From positions 1-64,000 of the forward strand of contig NW_021833305.1 of assembly GCF_006345805.1 (NCBI RefSeq): DNA of 64,000 nt, read 5' to 3'. Shown one piece after another: positions 11,219 to 25,403 of this stretch. This stretch comes from Octopus sinensis. Lineage: Eukaryota. Made by a program: the position numbers and the translations under genes. Below the pieces are notes generated by a model, which saw only the letters and a program-made list of their open reading frames with translations, did no database searches and had not been told where the DNA came from. How positions within the stretch are numbered: position 1 is the first letter of the stretch; every line of letters starts with the position of its first letter.

Positions 11219-11672
11219 AAAAGACACTACCTCCCAGTAGCGCTCAGCGAGACGACCCGATGCATTTCGTTCTTTTGTGTTCCTTTTACTGAAAATTAGT
11301 TGCTGCCAACAACATGCCTGAACAAATTTGCGATCGCCTACGAATTATGAGAAGACAGTGAATAACTCCAGTATGCAGATCTAAGGCATTACCAAATTAG
11401 AAAAAGCTATATATCAATCATAATATATACACACAGTTTATAAACCAGTTTCTGCGGTGTATATATACACAAGCATTCTTGCTCGCACATGCACATATAC
11501 ACATATATACGCATATATATGTAGCTATATGCATATATATTCATATATGGAGTATTCGGGTTACATTTTACAGTTCACAAGAAACGAGAAATAATACAGA
11601 ATTTCCCATCCAAATATAAACTAATTGTAAGAAGTTAAAATATAAACTTAATAATTGCATGTACATATAACT

Positions 11673-11982
11673 GTGGAGGCGCAATGGCCCAGCGGTTAGG
11701 GCAGCGGACTCGCGTTCGAAGGATCGTGGTTTCGATTCCCAGACCGGGCGTTGTGAGCGTTTATTGAGCGAAAGCACCTAAAGCTCGACGAGGCTCCGAC
11801 AGGGGTGGTGGTGGCGATCCCTGCTGTACACTTCCGCCACAACTTTCTCTCACCTTTTCTTCTGTTGACCTACTCGCTTAGCCAGCAGGGTGGCGTCATT
11901 TGAAGCCTAAAACAATGCGAAGCGCATTGTGACCAGCGATGTGTAGCAACATCTGATAGTCTGGTCGGTCAGGGTGACGGTG
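11673..11982 (+). mobile_element. tRNA-derived SINE family C with a 10-bp TSD
   Basis: GGAGGCGCAATGGCCCAGCGGTTAGG (A box), GTTTCGATTCC (B box); TSD ACATATAACT at 11663-11672 and 11983-11992. Confidence 0.85.
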
Positions 11983-12071
11983 ACATATAACTACAGTTAA
12001 ACATGCCTACGTGTATTTATATCAGTATGTGTGTGTAAATGTATATCTTACACGTACATAATAGATTAAAG

Positions 12072-12106
<35 letters not shown>

Positions 12107-13689
12107 TTACATAAATTGGAAAAAGACGAATAAGGAGAAATAAAAGTGTAATAAAACAATACTGGAAAACGATATACAACGAAACCCTGCATACTTTTGA
12201 CGGCATGGTATTTAGAATGCTAACCTGTAATCTGTATGTTTACGTGTTCGAATGTCAGTGAGATGCCAAGTGGGAAATCTTTCATATTAGTTTCCCATTA
12301 ACATAAATAAGTTCTCCAGCTGTATAAATCGCGATTTTGCAACACGATAAATTATATCCTTGAGACACAGAAAGCATTCATTTTTCTTTTTAGTTAACGG
12401 TAAATGAAGTACAAAAACAACAACTTCTTATTCACAGCTCTCAAGAAAGTATCGCCTCTATAAATGCGATACACTATGGAAACTGTTCTCGGGATCCGGC
12501 AATCATCACATTCAACGTAGCGACATTAGAGAACAACATACTGCATAAACAGAAGGCTTTCGAGTGCTAATGATAACATGTATTCCAGTAGTTGTTAACT
12601 TAACTGGCAAACTCAATAAACTTGCTTATCGAGGAGGGACGTTGGATACGATGAAGGATGAAAAACAAAACATTTGAAAGGACGGAAGCTCTCATTAAAT
12701 ATTAACGACTATCAATTACTGTGCACATTGGCTTAATCATGCCATTTCTTCAGGAGTAGTTCTTGTAACATTTTCATAAAACACGTGCCTTTGGTGCAGA
12801 AATCGCTGTGGATATTCATACAATCCACACATTTTAAACAAAGGGCGGCCACGAAGAGGTTCATTCAGCTTAGAAACATAAGACTAAGAAAGTCGGCACG
12901 GTGTACTACATCAAAGGGAATGAGTGACTCCAAGTACTTGACAAAACATCAGTGTTGGAGAAAGAAAATTCTGATGTAAAACCTGAGACAAGATGATAAC
13001 CAATGATGTTGTCTACGTCATAGTTTTCGGGTATCTGTTGTTTTTTTTTTCCAACGACTGAAATGCGTCACCAATCAAATATTTATTCATATAAATAATC
13101 TGTCACAAAATAGCATTCCTTTAAAATCTGTAATCTTCTAACTAATCTTAATTTTCAGCTTGCAAAAAAAAAATTTGAAAACCAAAAGAATGTAACATGA
13201 TTAGGGCAATTTAATCCAATAGAACGAAATCTCTCTCAGAAACATACAGATGCGCACAAAGTATATAGGTGCACTGTAGATTTTAAGTATGTACTTTTAC
13301 TCTTTGGGAAATCCACACTAATGAGTTAGGAATGTATTATTCATAGTTAACTGATACATAAATTTGCTTAATTCAACACGGTAGCGAATTGTTTTCTGTA
13401 CGCCATTGCTTTTCTGAATCCTCATATCAGAAATAACTTGTTTATTTTTTTTTTAAGTTTCCTTTTGCAGAACGCTTTATATTTTAATGTCCAATTTGTT
13501 CCAAAGACAACATATTTGTGTTCCACTGGTTTAGATATTAAATCCACATCACCTGCCTTAAACAATTCTGAAATGCTTTGATTTACCAAATTAGTTTCAG
13601 TAATTTTCTTTCTAAGATTTCTGTTGTGATGTTAAAACGATGCAATGGATATCTTTCACTGGTCAAATTCCGACGTAAATTGTGGAAGT

Positions 13690-14150
13690 TACTAACGTAC
13701 AGCATTGTCATATTCATTTTTATGCCTTGGCTTAGTCAATTTATGTGCAATCAGCCAGCTTCTTACAATGCATAGATCCGCGTGCCATCTCCATAGTTTG
13801 CAAATAAACCTTATACTGCTGTATTTATTGCAATACCTACAGCATTTTTCCCGTTTTGGGCTGTGTAACAGCATTATTTTCTTCTAATCAGTATTAGAAA
13901 ACTAATCAGGTGTTGATAACGATAAACTAACTAATTTTCCAATGGCACCGCAAGAAACATATTACTATCATTTAGATGTTTCCGAAAAACAGTATCCGCA
14001 ATTTCAATTTCAGTATTTTTCCATTGTTTACCGAGAACTAAGCAGAGGGACTTTTCACATTATTTCATACATTTCAATAATTTTCGTTCTGGTTTTCGAT
14101 TCTCTTGAAGAATTTTCTTGCACAATCTACTCCGATATCTTTGCATGCCC
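13690..14150 (-). pseudogene. Possible very decayed DDE integrase (Gypsy/Ginger-type) remnant
   Basis: Interrupted minus-strand peptides loosely resemble integrase motifs (DSNMFLAVPLEN ~ D.F.KF..A.PL.NK; AQNGK ~ SDNG; SQGI.MN.T). Weak. Confidence 0.2.
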
Positions 14151-15309
14151 TTATGTATTTTCATTTAAAAATCTTTTCATGGTTTGTTCAGCAGTAAAAT
14201 AGTATCTTTCATAGATATTTTAGGGGTCATCGCATAGAATTATCACAATAGATATATTTTCTCTAATACTAGTATTAATATAGACTTTGCTACCTGTAAC
14301 TATATGCCAAAAACTAATGAGATTCTATTCCACCCTCTCTTCCGCTGTGAGCTTCATATATCTATGTTTTTGTTAACAGGTATTCTGCCTCCAGGTGTTC
14401 CGTTAAGAAGTCACAAAACTGCTAAAATCGGCAGTAATTTTTAATTCTCCTGTGCAGATATGTGTGCATAAGACTATTAAATTATTGCACAGGCGTTCCT
14501 CGAGCCAGTGGAATGTTTCCTTGGGGTTCCGCTCCAGCAAAAATGTTGAAAAGCACTGTTATAGACGTTCCTATGTGCCGTCTTTATGTCAAGGGCTACA
14601 AAGGTGGGCGGATTGAGATAAACATAACTTTCTCCAAAGACAGACAATAATAGGAAAATATTTTAAATTTAGAAAAAAGCTTTAAAAGTAAGTGTTAAAC
14701 ATCATGTGAAGAGAAGACACTCACAGCGAAAAGATCTCATATATTTTTAAAGGAGAGCCAATATTCTGTGAGGTGCAGTGGTTTTTGTAACTGACCGAAA
14801 ATGAAGTTCAAAGGAATTCGCCAAAATATTAAAGACTCCCAAATGCACAGAAATCTTTTGCTGTCAAGTGAAAAGGAGGAGCATTTGCGATAGTAATTGA
14901 CGTAGGTAACACATAATGCTAATACAGAAAAAGGTATAGACTTTAGGAAGTGTAATATTGCTATGAAGCAGGTTCCTCCCGAAAGATTTTGGTATCACAG
15001 GTAATGAGCAATACAGGAACAACACGAAGCGGAAGTGCAATGACGACCACTGGATACGCCATCAAAGGAAGTAGATTTAATTTTTGTATTTGTTACTTAA
15101 TTTCGTTTACTCTATGCTCTTAATTGTTCCATGTAATTATATGTTATTAACAACTTATTTCATTTTTCAAATATGAAGAATTTCAAAACATCAATTCTTT
15201 CACACAGGACTGATCAGTGAAATATTGCACTTCGTAAATCGTATAATCAAAGTTCCGTCATTGTCCATTTGTTTTCTTCTGTATTTCTGGCTAATAAAGA
15301 AAAGATTCT

Positions 15310-15800
15310 TATTGTTGTGCTCCGCTACAGGGTGAATCAGAAATTGATATAGGCACTGGCCACCTGAAGTGTCCCAGTTGTCTGCCAGTCCGACCTTGCG
15401 GTGGGGGCAAGTTCCATAATGGAGATCTCATAGGTCGAAAGCCATGTTTATGCCAGGGAACATCAGAGACTAAAATTGACTGTGTGGAGAACATTTTGGC
15501 AAGTATACTCTGTGTGAACGGGCAATCTCAAAGCCTGTAGATAAAGGTGGGAGGGGTGGCCCTGAGAAAGTGTACGGACTTTACAGTTCAGGGTGATAGT
15601 GATTTTAGGGGTTTCCACGAAGCGTCATCCGATTTCTCCAATTTAATTGAAGGAAACTAAATCCTTTGTCATTTCTCGTCCTATCACTTTACTTATTTCC
15701 CCAAAGAATCCTGAACGATGTTAGATAATTTGGTGACATTTCTTGTGGCCCTTTTTGTTCTGTTTGCAAATGCCTCCTCGTTCAAAATTGTCCTTCATCG
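15310..15800 (-). pseudogene. Possible decayed LINE reverse transcriptase fragment
   Basis: Peptide HKHGFRPMRS resembles the QHGFRxxRS RT motif; no other motif is clear. Confidence 0.25.
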
Positions 15801-15879
15801 TCATATCCACATTGCTATAATATCTCTGACAAAATTTGCAAACGTTCTCTTATTTTCCTTTTTCTTATTGTTGTAATTG

Positions 15880-16023
15880 TTGTTGCTGTTCTTCTTCCTC
15901 TTCTTTATCTCCTTCTTCTTCTTCCTCTACTTATTCTTCTCCTTCTCTTTTTCTTCTACTTTTCTTCCCCTTATTCTCCTTCTTCTTCTTCCTCTTCCTC
16001 TTCTTCTTGTTCTTCTTCTTATT

Positions 16024-16054
<31 letters not shown>

Positions 16055-16075
16055 TTATTATTATTATTATTATTA

Positions 16076-16167
<92 letters not shown>

Positions 16168-16340
16168 TTCCTCTACTTATTCTTCCCTTTCTTCCCTGTT
16201 TATTCTTCTTCTTTTTCTTCTTCTTCTTCTACTTCTTCTTCCTCTGCTTCTTCTTCTTCTTCTGCTTCTTCTTCTTCTTCTTCTTCTTCTTCTTCTTCTT
16301 CTTCTTCTTCTTCTTCTTCTTCTTCTTCTTCTTCTTCTGC
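15880..16340. repeat. Compound (CTT)n-(ATT)n-(CTT)n microsatellite
   Basis: Direct reading. Confidence 0.95.
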
Positions 16341-17365
16341 CTTGTAACTACACCAGAATTAATTATCATTAATAATATGGCAGTTAGATGGCAAAAATTG
16401 TAAGTGCACTGCGAAAAATGCTTAGCGGCATTCGCTCGTCCTTACGCAACAACAGCAGCAGCTGTAGTAGTAGTAGTGGTGGTGCTTCACCTCTCGTTCT
16501 GTGAACAGTGTGAGCAAGCTTTGTATACATGTGGTATTGTGGTGTTATGTGCCGCACCCATCTCTATATTCTATATTCTGTAGCACCATTGAATGGTGCA
16601 ACGTTACAAATTTTTGCATGGGGCAACAAAAGGCTTGTTTAGTTTCACTACCTGCGTGAGGGCGAGGCTGAGAGAGAGATCGATGTGTTCAATAAAAGTG
16701 CGTCGTAGCTATCATCATCATCATCATCATCATTATCTTCTCAGCATCATCATGACTACGGATCATTTTATTATCATTTAAATCATCAGGAATTGCTTTA
16801 TCATTTTCTCCATTCGTTTCTTCTTTTCCCTCTTTCTCCTCCCTCCTCTTTCTCTTCCTCCTCCTCCTTTATCCGTACCCCCTTTCAGCTTCTTACTCGC
16901 TCTTTTTATTCTACTCCTCACCTGTTCTTCATTATTAATATCATATTATTGCTGTTGTTTTCATGTCCATCATCACCACAACCACAATCATCCTCATAAA
17001 CATCATTATCATCATCATCATCATCACCATTATCATCATCGTCATCATCATCATCATTACACTCAGCATCAAGCGCATCACTATCATTGCTATCGTCGTC
17101 ATCGCTGACGCTGCTCTCGGGCAGCTAACAACATTGTTTTAATTTCAAAGACAAACCGATTGTAGAAAGCATGGCTCAAAATAAATATTCAAAAAAAGAA
17201 ATACAAAAAACAACCAGTAAACAAACTTAAATGAATAAGTGAAGAGAAAAACAATGACGTTGCAACGTATCGAAAAGAAAACACTTGCACATTAAGTCCA
17301 TTACACACACACACAGACACTCACAAACACACACCTATATACATATATAATACACATATGCATAA

Positions 17366-17408
<43 letters not shown>

Positions 17409-17421
17409 TATATATATATAG

Positions 17422-17452
<31 letters not shown>

Positions 17453-17617
17453 AGGATATACATAATAGTTCATGATATCTATATCTATCCATATATAATG
17501 TATATATATATACTATACACGTGTATATGTATTTATATATTATGTATATAATATAGTATATATATGTATATAATATATATATGTTATATAATATATATAT
17601 GTATATATGTATATATA

Positions 17618-17650
<33 letters not shown>

Positions 17651-18059
17651 ATATATATGTATATATATGTATATATATATATGTGGTGTGTGTTTGTGTG
17701 TTCGTATGTAACAAGTTTACCCGAAATGTGTATACATAAAATTGTAAAGAATATTTCTAAAGCGGTAACCAAAATAAAAAATAAAAACAAAAATCAGAAA
17801 TAATCAGAAATAAAGAGAAACACATTTAAGAAAGAAAGAAACCGAAAAAAAAAGAAAAGAAAAGAAAATGAATATGAATATGATAAAATTACCCGAAATA
17901 TGATGAAGAGAAGAACCAACCTTGAGGTAATGTTTTATGAAATAATTATGGAAGAAGCTCTATTGGAAATAGTTTGAATTATCTTGTGTGCGAGAAGAGT
18001 GATGAAGGGGCCAGCAGAAAAAGGGTTCTAATTATTGTTGCCGTTCGTATTGATACCCG

Positions 18060-18952
18060 TGCTGTTGCTGTTGTTGTTGTTGTTGTTGTCGTTGTAGTTG
18101 TTGTTATGATGATGCTGTTGCTTATGTTGTTGATGGTGGTAGTGGACGTGGTGATGGTAGTGCTGATGGTGGTGGTGATGGTGGGAGTGGGGGTGGGGGT
18201 TTGGGTGGTGGTGGTGGTGGTGGTGGTGGTGGTTGTAGGTGGTGGTGGTGGTGGTGGTGGTGGTGGGGCGGGTGTGGCACTAATTATTGGTTGTTCTCAT
18301 GGCGATGACGGTAAAGACTTTTTTTTTTCTCCTCTGAATTGGAATATATCACTTATCCGCAAATCAAAGACAAATATTTTTACTGAGTGTTATTAATTAT
18401 AGTGTTCTTATTAAGGAAAATTTTGATTGTGCCACAAAATAAAAGTTCATACGAGAGAGGGAGAGAGAGAGAGAGAGATAAAGAGAGAGAAAGAGATAAA
18501 GAGATAGAGAAGATGGAGAGTGAAAATGAGAGATATGGAACGGAAAGTGATGAGAAGAAGAAGAAGAAGAAGAAGAAGAAGAAGAAGAAGAAGAAGAAGA
18601 AGAAGAAGGAGAAGAAGATGAAGAAGAACAACAACAACAAAAACAACAGCAATACCGAGAGGAACAAGATCAAGAAGAGAAAGTGAGAGAGGGAGAGTGG
18701 AGAAGGAGACGAGGGGGAAAATGAGAAAGTGCTGTACGATTCGATTATAAATCGATAACGTTGTAACTGCTTGCTGGATGTACAACAATAGAATCTGGAT
18801 CGGGTGGTGTGAGGAGAAACGGAGAGAGAGAACGAGAAAGTAATCAGTGATGGTGATAGATAGAGAGAAGCTGATATAATATATATATATATTATATGTA
18901 TATATATAGTTGTTATTATTATTATTATTATTATATTATCATTATATTATTA

Positions 18953-18987
<35 letters not shown>

Positions 18988-19195
18988 TATTATTATTATC
19001 ATTATTATCATTATCTTATTTTATCATTATTATTATTATTATTTATTTTATTATTATTATATCATCATCATCATCATTATTATTATTATTATTATTATAT
19101 TATATTATTATTATCGTTGTTATTATTATTATCATTATTATTATTATCATTATTATTATATTATTATCATTATATTATTATATTATTATTATTAA
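18060..19195. repeat. Microsatellite cluster: (GTT)n/(GGT)n, (GA)n, (GAA)n, (ATT/ATC)n
   Basis: Direct reading. Confidence 0.9.
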
Positions 19196-19737
19196 TATAA
19201 GCTATTGATACGGCTAACGCATAGGAAGTGAGGGGGCTTGAAATTGAATGAATGGGGCGATGCTGAAAGGAGTATGGAGAATAAAACAGAGTGAAATGTG
19301 AGCAACGCCAAAGGTAATAGGAGAGAGAGGGGGAGAGAGACAAATAATTAGAGTAGAGATGAAAGAAATATTGAGAGTCAGAGGTGGAGTAATGCACCAC
19401 ACACACACACACACACATACACATATATATATGTATATATATATATATATATATACGTAGGTTGAGAGGGAGAGAGAGTTAATTAAGAATAAATTTCACA
19501 ACACAAATAATTATTGGAATAAATGGACGTAAGTGAAGGGAGGGAGGGAGGGAGGGAGAGAGACATGAGAGATAGAGGAAGGAGAAGAAAGAGCGGAGAA
19601 AAGAGAGAAAGAGAGTGAGAGAGAGAATAAGAGGGTGCAGAGAAAATTAAAGTATGATTGCCTGAAATCTGTGAGGGATTTTGATACGTAAAGCGAAGCA
19701 ACAATTGCGTAACATGAGTGTTTTAGTATGTATATAT

Positions 19738-19952
19738 ATATTTCTTTACTGCCCACAAGGGGCTAAACATAGAGGGGACAAACAAAGACAGACAAAGGGA
19801 TTAAGTCGATTATAACGACCCCCGTACGTAACTGGTACTTAATTTATCGACCCCGAAAGGATGAAAGGCAACGTCGACCTCGGTGGAATTTGAACTCAGA
19901 ACGTAGCGGCATTTCGCCCGGTGTGGTAACGTTTCCGCCAGCTCGCCGCCTT
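19738..19952 (-). mobile_element. SINE family B with a 17-bp TSD
   Basis: TTTTAGTATGTATATAT at 19721-19737 and 19953-19969. Confidence 0.85.
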
Positions 19953-19981
19953 TTTTAGTATGTATATATGTAAAGACATTA

Positions 19982-20298
19982 GAGGCGCGTGGCTTAGTGG
20001 TCAGGGAATTCGGCTCGCGATCCTAAGGTCGTGATTTCAATTCCCGGCGACGCGTTGTGTCCTTGAGCAAGAAACGTTATTTCCCTTTGCTACTCAGCTG
20101 GCAAAAATGAGTTGTACCTGTATTTCAAAAATGGTCAGAATTGACACACTCTGGGTCACGCTGAAGTTCCAGTGAGCTACGTTAAAGCTACGCGTGTCTG
20201 TGGAGTTCTCAGCCACTTGCTCGTTAATTTTACGAGCAAACTGTTCCATTGATCGAATCGACTGGAACCCTCGTCATCGCAACCGACGGAGTGCCAGT
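19982..20298 (+). mobile_element. tRNA-derived SINE family D (CORE-like TGTGTCCTTGAGCAAG)
   Basis: A box TGGCTTAGTGG, B box-like GATTTCAATTCC, ends GACGGAGTGCCAG. Confidence 0.75.
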
Positions 20299-20386
20299 GC
20301 TAGATGTAAGCACGTATGGATTATCATTTAATCCTTTTACATGTTTCAGTCTTTTGACTGCGACCTTGCTTGAGCACCGCTTTGAT

Positions 20387-20493
20387 AAAAGGTATGGAAC
20401 GTTTCACGAATTTGCGTGTCGTCCTGTCGCAAGGGCCATGCTAATCTTCTGAGTATCGTTCCAATTTTAGTGTATGTACAACCGAAAGATGTA
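20387..20493 (-). pseudogene. U6: U6 snRNA pseudogene (near full length)
   Basis: Minus strand ACTAAAATTGGAACGATACTCAGAAGATTAGCATGGCCCTTGCGACAGGACGACACGCAAATTCGTGAAACGTTCCATAC matches U6. The ACAGAGA box is mutated to ACTCAGA. Confidence 0.9.
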
Positions 20494-20572
20494 TACATAT
20501 ATTTATATGCGTACGTATGCATGTATGTATGTATGTATGCATGGATGTATACAGGTATGTGTATACATACAA

Positions 20573-20810
20573 AGCGGCGAGCTGGCAGAAACGTTAGCAC
20601 ACCGGGCGAAATGCTCAGCGGTATTTCGTCTGCGGCTACGTTCTGAGTTCAAATTCCACCGAGGTCGACTTTACCTTTCATCCTTTCGGGGTCGATAAAT
20701 TAAGTACCAGTTACGCACTGGGGTCGATATAATCGACTTAATCCATTTGTATGTCGTCCCCTTGTTCGTCCCCTCTGTGTTTAGCCCCTTATGGGTAGTA
20801 GAGACATAGG
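20573..20810 (+). mobile_element. SINE family B
   Basis: Same sequence as 10982-11218. Confidence 0.9.
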
Positions 20811-20832
20811 CCTGTGTGTTTGTATGCATGCA

Positions 20833-20876
<44 letters not shown>

Positions 20877-21199
20877 TAGACACATACGTGTGCATTTATG
20901 CTATTTCGATCCCTGTTAATATTGGATTGTAATGTTGGGTCTAGATCAGGAATTTAGGAAATTGATTACATTGACCCTGCTAATACTTATGTTATCGATT
21001 CTGAAAGAATGCAACAGAAAGTCAATTTTATTGACCCGATGATGGATGTAAGCAAAGTCGACATCGGTGCAATTTGAACTCAGAACGTAAAGCCTTCTGA
21101 GCCAACATTTTTGGCAGACTTAGGAATTTTGAGTAGTATTAGTATAACTGCAATTAACAATTCTGCTTTAGCTGATCAAGAGTAATATTATCAACAAGA

Positions 21200-21376
21200 T
21201 AGCGATCAAGTCGATTACATCAACCCTAGTGCGTAACTACTACTTAATTTATCGACCCCGAAAGGATGGATGTCAAAGTCGACCACGGCGGAATTTAAAC
21301 TCAGAACGTAACGGCAGACGAAATACTACTAAGCATTTCGCCCGGCGTGCTAACGTTTCTGCCGGCTCGCCGCCTT
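21200..21376 (-). mobile_element. SINE family B, partial
   Basis: Reverse complement of the family B head and central domain. Confidence 0.85.
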
Positions 21377-21714
21377 ACCAATCATATTAAACACATTGCT
21401 GGAAGCTGGTACGTGTATATTAATGACTTGGTACAGGGTATTTCGTTATGCAACCATAATATACAACAAAGTATATTAAACGCTTTTATTAGTCAATTCT
21501 GTATTCCACTGTGTTAAGGTTAATACACGCTCATTCCATTGCACTGTAGCCATAAAGATTTCTGTTATATAATACACTTCAATTACACCTACGATACAAC
21601 AGAATCACGTTGCAACGGCCTGAATTAAAACTACATTTAACTTCCCAGCATTATAACTAAAGTACACGGTAACGCTACAGGACACGCCAACACTACAACG
21701 CAGCTGGAATACCG

Positions 21715-21805
21715 TAACACTGCATAACACTGCAGCACAACATAACTTAACTCAATACACTGCATTTACACTGCATACACTGCATACACTGCATTGCATT
21801 TACAC
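21715..21805. repeat. Degenerate 9-bp minisatellite (ACACTGCAT)n
   Basis: Several ACACTGCA(T) units in tandem. Confidence 0.7.
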
Positions 21806-22304
21806 TTCACTACAACGATAGTAAATAGCTTTCCTACCAAAGTGTTCCCGGTTCAGGTCCACTGCGCGGCAAATTGAGCAAGTGCCTTCTACTATAACCT
21901 CGGGGCGCCCAACGTCTTGTTTGTTGATTTGCTAGATGTGCACATATATATAGGGATAGATAGATAGATTAATACATTACATACATACAATATATATATA
22001 TATATATAAATATAGTATATATACATACATATATACATATATATATTATATATATATATATATTAAGTATATATATGTATATATATATATACATTATCTA
22101 TATATACATACATAAATATATACATAAATATATATAAGTATATATATGTAAATACTATATACATATATATATATATATACATAAATATATACATAAATAT
22201 ATATACATATATATATACACACCCCCACACACCCCCACCCACCCACTATACACACACACACACACACACACATAATATATATAACATATAAAATAATATA
22301 TATA

Positions 22305-22353
<49 letters not shown>

Positions 22354-22823
22354 TACATACTATTATACATACATATATTTACTACATAAATATATACATA
22401 AATATAAATGCAGATACAGATACTGGACATATAAAAAAAACGGAGACTAAATGAGAAATGAGAAAATAAAAAATATATAGAGAGAGAAAACGAACTTTTT
22501 CTCGAACAACGAAACGAGACTGGCAACATAAAGATCATTCCATCCATCAGTTCTCTTATCTGCTCCGCGTATCGACGGTAGGGACAAGACGCGACTTCGT
22601 TAAAACAGTCCTAGTTCTTCTTTCTGTGTTTGTCCCCGATTACACATTGACAACCACTGTCGGCTTGTTTCCGTCCCCGTAAGTTAGCGTACCGGCAAGA
22701 GAGTTCGCTAGAATAATTACCAGTCTTCACGAAAAATTTGATGCCTTCCCGGGGGTTAAAAGTTAAAACAGCAGTAACATTGTTCTTATAGGACTACACA
22801 TCCTGTAAACATATAAAATTTAG

Positions 22824-22856
<33 letters not shown>

Positions 22857-22874
22857 TAATATATATATATATAT

Positions 22875-23232
22875 AAAATGAATAAAAGAATGGAGTCGAA
22901 CGAGGATTTTAGCACAATTCCTTTAATTTCAACACATGTTTCGAAGACTGCATATTCTTAATTCTGAAGGAATAAGGTGCATTATGCCGTCTTCTCATCA
23001 GGAAAGTCAAGGAAAATTAATCATCCTCAAGACGGACAAAAACTTTTCTATGGCTTGCTACATATTGACCTCAGTGATAATTCATTTTAAATATTACACA
23101 TATCACCACACAAGAATAAGGAGTGTCTACCCTTGGCATGTAGATTCAACCGTGTTTTCTGACGTGAATTTGGTACCCAGGTATCGATTAACCGAATTAT
23201 CAATACTAGGATAATTCATTCACCTACTGAAA
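22875..23232 (-). mobile_element. Dispersed ~300-350 bp HHR-bearing element (Penelope-like terminal repeat type), copy A; HHR at 22927-23005
   Basis: Minus strand reads TTTC-CTGATGA-GAAGAC...GTCTTC-GAAA-CATGTG-TT-GAAA. Homologous to the copies at 27.5 and 57.8 kb; adjoins (TA)n. Confidence 0.75.
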
Positions 23233-23254
23233 TATGAGATACATGTATATATAT

Positions 23255-23480
23255 TTTGTGTGTGTTAGTGTCTGTCTTTGCCTCACCAATGTTTGACAAC
23301 CGGTGTAGTTGTGTTTGCGTCCCCGTAAGTTAGCGTTTCGACAACAGATATCGACAGAATAAGTACCAGGCCCAACGAAGAGATTTACTGGGGTCGATCC
23401 ATTCGACTAAAAATTCTTCAGAACGCTGCCCCACTATGGGCGCAATCCAATGACTGAAACCGATTAAAGATAAAAGACAG
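23255..23480 (+). mobile_element. Older diverged SINE A 3' half. Other diverged or partial A fragments: ~21835-21935 +, 22615-22735 +, 27325-27445 +, 54615-54790 -
   Basis: TTGACAACCGG..GTTTGCGTCCCCGTAAGTTAGCG...AATAAGTACCAGG...GGGGTCGAT...TGACTGAAAC. Confidence 0.7.
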
Positions 23481-23968
23481 ATATAATATACTATTAACTC
23501 ATTTTATTACAGCATAATGCAACGTCCTACAGTCACACTTCGATCCCACTGCAATAAACCTGCATTGAAGCACTCAATACATGCACTCCATTATAGTGTA
23601 ATTCCACGTGCGTCCCAAAACACGTGACCACATAACGCAGTACATATTTTTACGATGAACCGCACCACAATTTACTAAGCCCACATCATTGAGGTATACC
23701 TTAATACTTTGTACTGAAAGTACAACAACCAAACAATACTATTCATTATATTACTTGCACTCAGATATGATGTCCCTTGTTTCAATTCAAACACTCGGTC
23801 ACACCCACACACATATTATATATATATATAGATGTATATTATATAATATATATATATAAATATGTATATATAATATATATAAATATTATAGATTTATAGA
23901 TATATATATATATATATAATATTATCTATATATATATATATAATGATATATGTATATATAATATATAG

Positions 23969-24016
<48 letters not shown>

Positions 24017-24339
24017 TGTATGTATATATATATATTATATATATCCATGCATTTACTGCACGCCAAAACAGAAACAAAGAAGATACACCTATTAATTACA
24101 GAATGATTATCCTCTTGAAAATCGTCTACGCCTTTCGCCTTCTGTTGTTCCTTCTCCACTTTCTCCTAATCGTTTTCGTCATCGTCACCATCATCTTCAC
24201 CATCATTGTCGTACTTGGTGTCGAACACGTTGTCAACAACATCACTACAGTCGACACCCTGCGTAGCGAAATATTCTATCAACATTCCTCTCATTGTCAT
24301 CGCAACCTTAATTAGAGCCATCATCATTATCATCAACAA

Positions 24340-24770
24340 ATCATCTCCATCATCATCATCATCATCATCATCATTGTAATTATTCTCATCATTATCATAT
24401 TAATCATCATCATCATCAACATCATCATCATCATCAGCAGCAGCAGCAGCAGCATCGTTATCGTCATCAACATCACCATCGTCGTCGTCATCATCAACAT
24501 CATTATCATCATCATCGTCTTCATCATCATTATCATATTAATCATCATCATTATCAGCATCATATTTCTCCCACTCAGCATCATGATCGTCATCATCATC
24601 ATCAGCATCATCAGCATCATCATCCTCATCATCAACATCGTCATCATCATCAACATCATTATCATACTTATCAACATCGTCATTGTTGCCGACGCCGTCG
24701 TCATCATCATCTTCATCATCTTCATCATCAACAACAACAACAACGACAACGACAACAATATCCTCAGAAA
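24340..24770. repeat. Degenerate (CAT)n/(CAA)n microsatellite
   Basis: Direct reading. Confidence 0.9.
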
Positions 24771-25271
24771 CAAAAACAGGATCAACGACATGCCCATCGC
24801 CCGCAACAAGAATAACAACAACGGAAAGGTTATTAATAACACAATGCCTTTGATTGTGTTTTCTTACGCTAAATACGAAAACGAATGGCGTGAATTCTAC
24901 GTCTGAAGAACGGTATGTTATTTGTCAGTATTGATCTTGTAAAGAGAAGAAAAGATGGCACCAAGGTCACACGAACCACTGTAATTAAGTCATCGATGGG
25001 TTTTCGTAACACGTTATTGCACCACCCCTAACATCTCGTGAATTTGCATAAGATATCTGTTCACAGATATTCATAGACGTAATGACACAGACACGTACAC
25101 AACACACAGAGATGTGGTATACATATGCACTTATATATATATAAGTACACGAATATATATATATATATATATACGTAAATATATATATATATAATATTAT
25201 ATATATATATATAGATATATATATATGTACATATATAATATATATAATAAATAGATATATAATATATATGG

Positions 25272-25304
<33 letters not shown>

Positions 25305-25360
25305 ATATATATATATCTAAAAAAATATTATTAGATAATTTGAACTGACTTATTGGAAGT

Positions 25361-25403
25361 CCACCTGAAGATTGTCGATCAAGACAAGAAACAATTGTAG
25401 TGG
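25361..25403 (+). ncRNA. Minimal type I hammerhead (Penelope-like type)
   Basis: CCAC-CTGAAGA-TTGTC-gatcaa-GACAA-GAAA-CAATTG-TA-GTGG: all core bases present, palindromic helix III, GUA site. Confidence 0.8.

Noticed and set aside
14462-14650. 62-aa ORF with faint RT-like PxGS and LYV motifs
   Set aside because: Similarity is too weak to support a call.
10523-20050. tRNA-like sequences at SINE heads
   Set aside because: They run straight into SINE bodies and lack complete cloverleaf acceptor stems; not tRNA genes.
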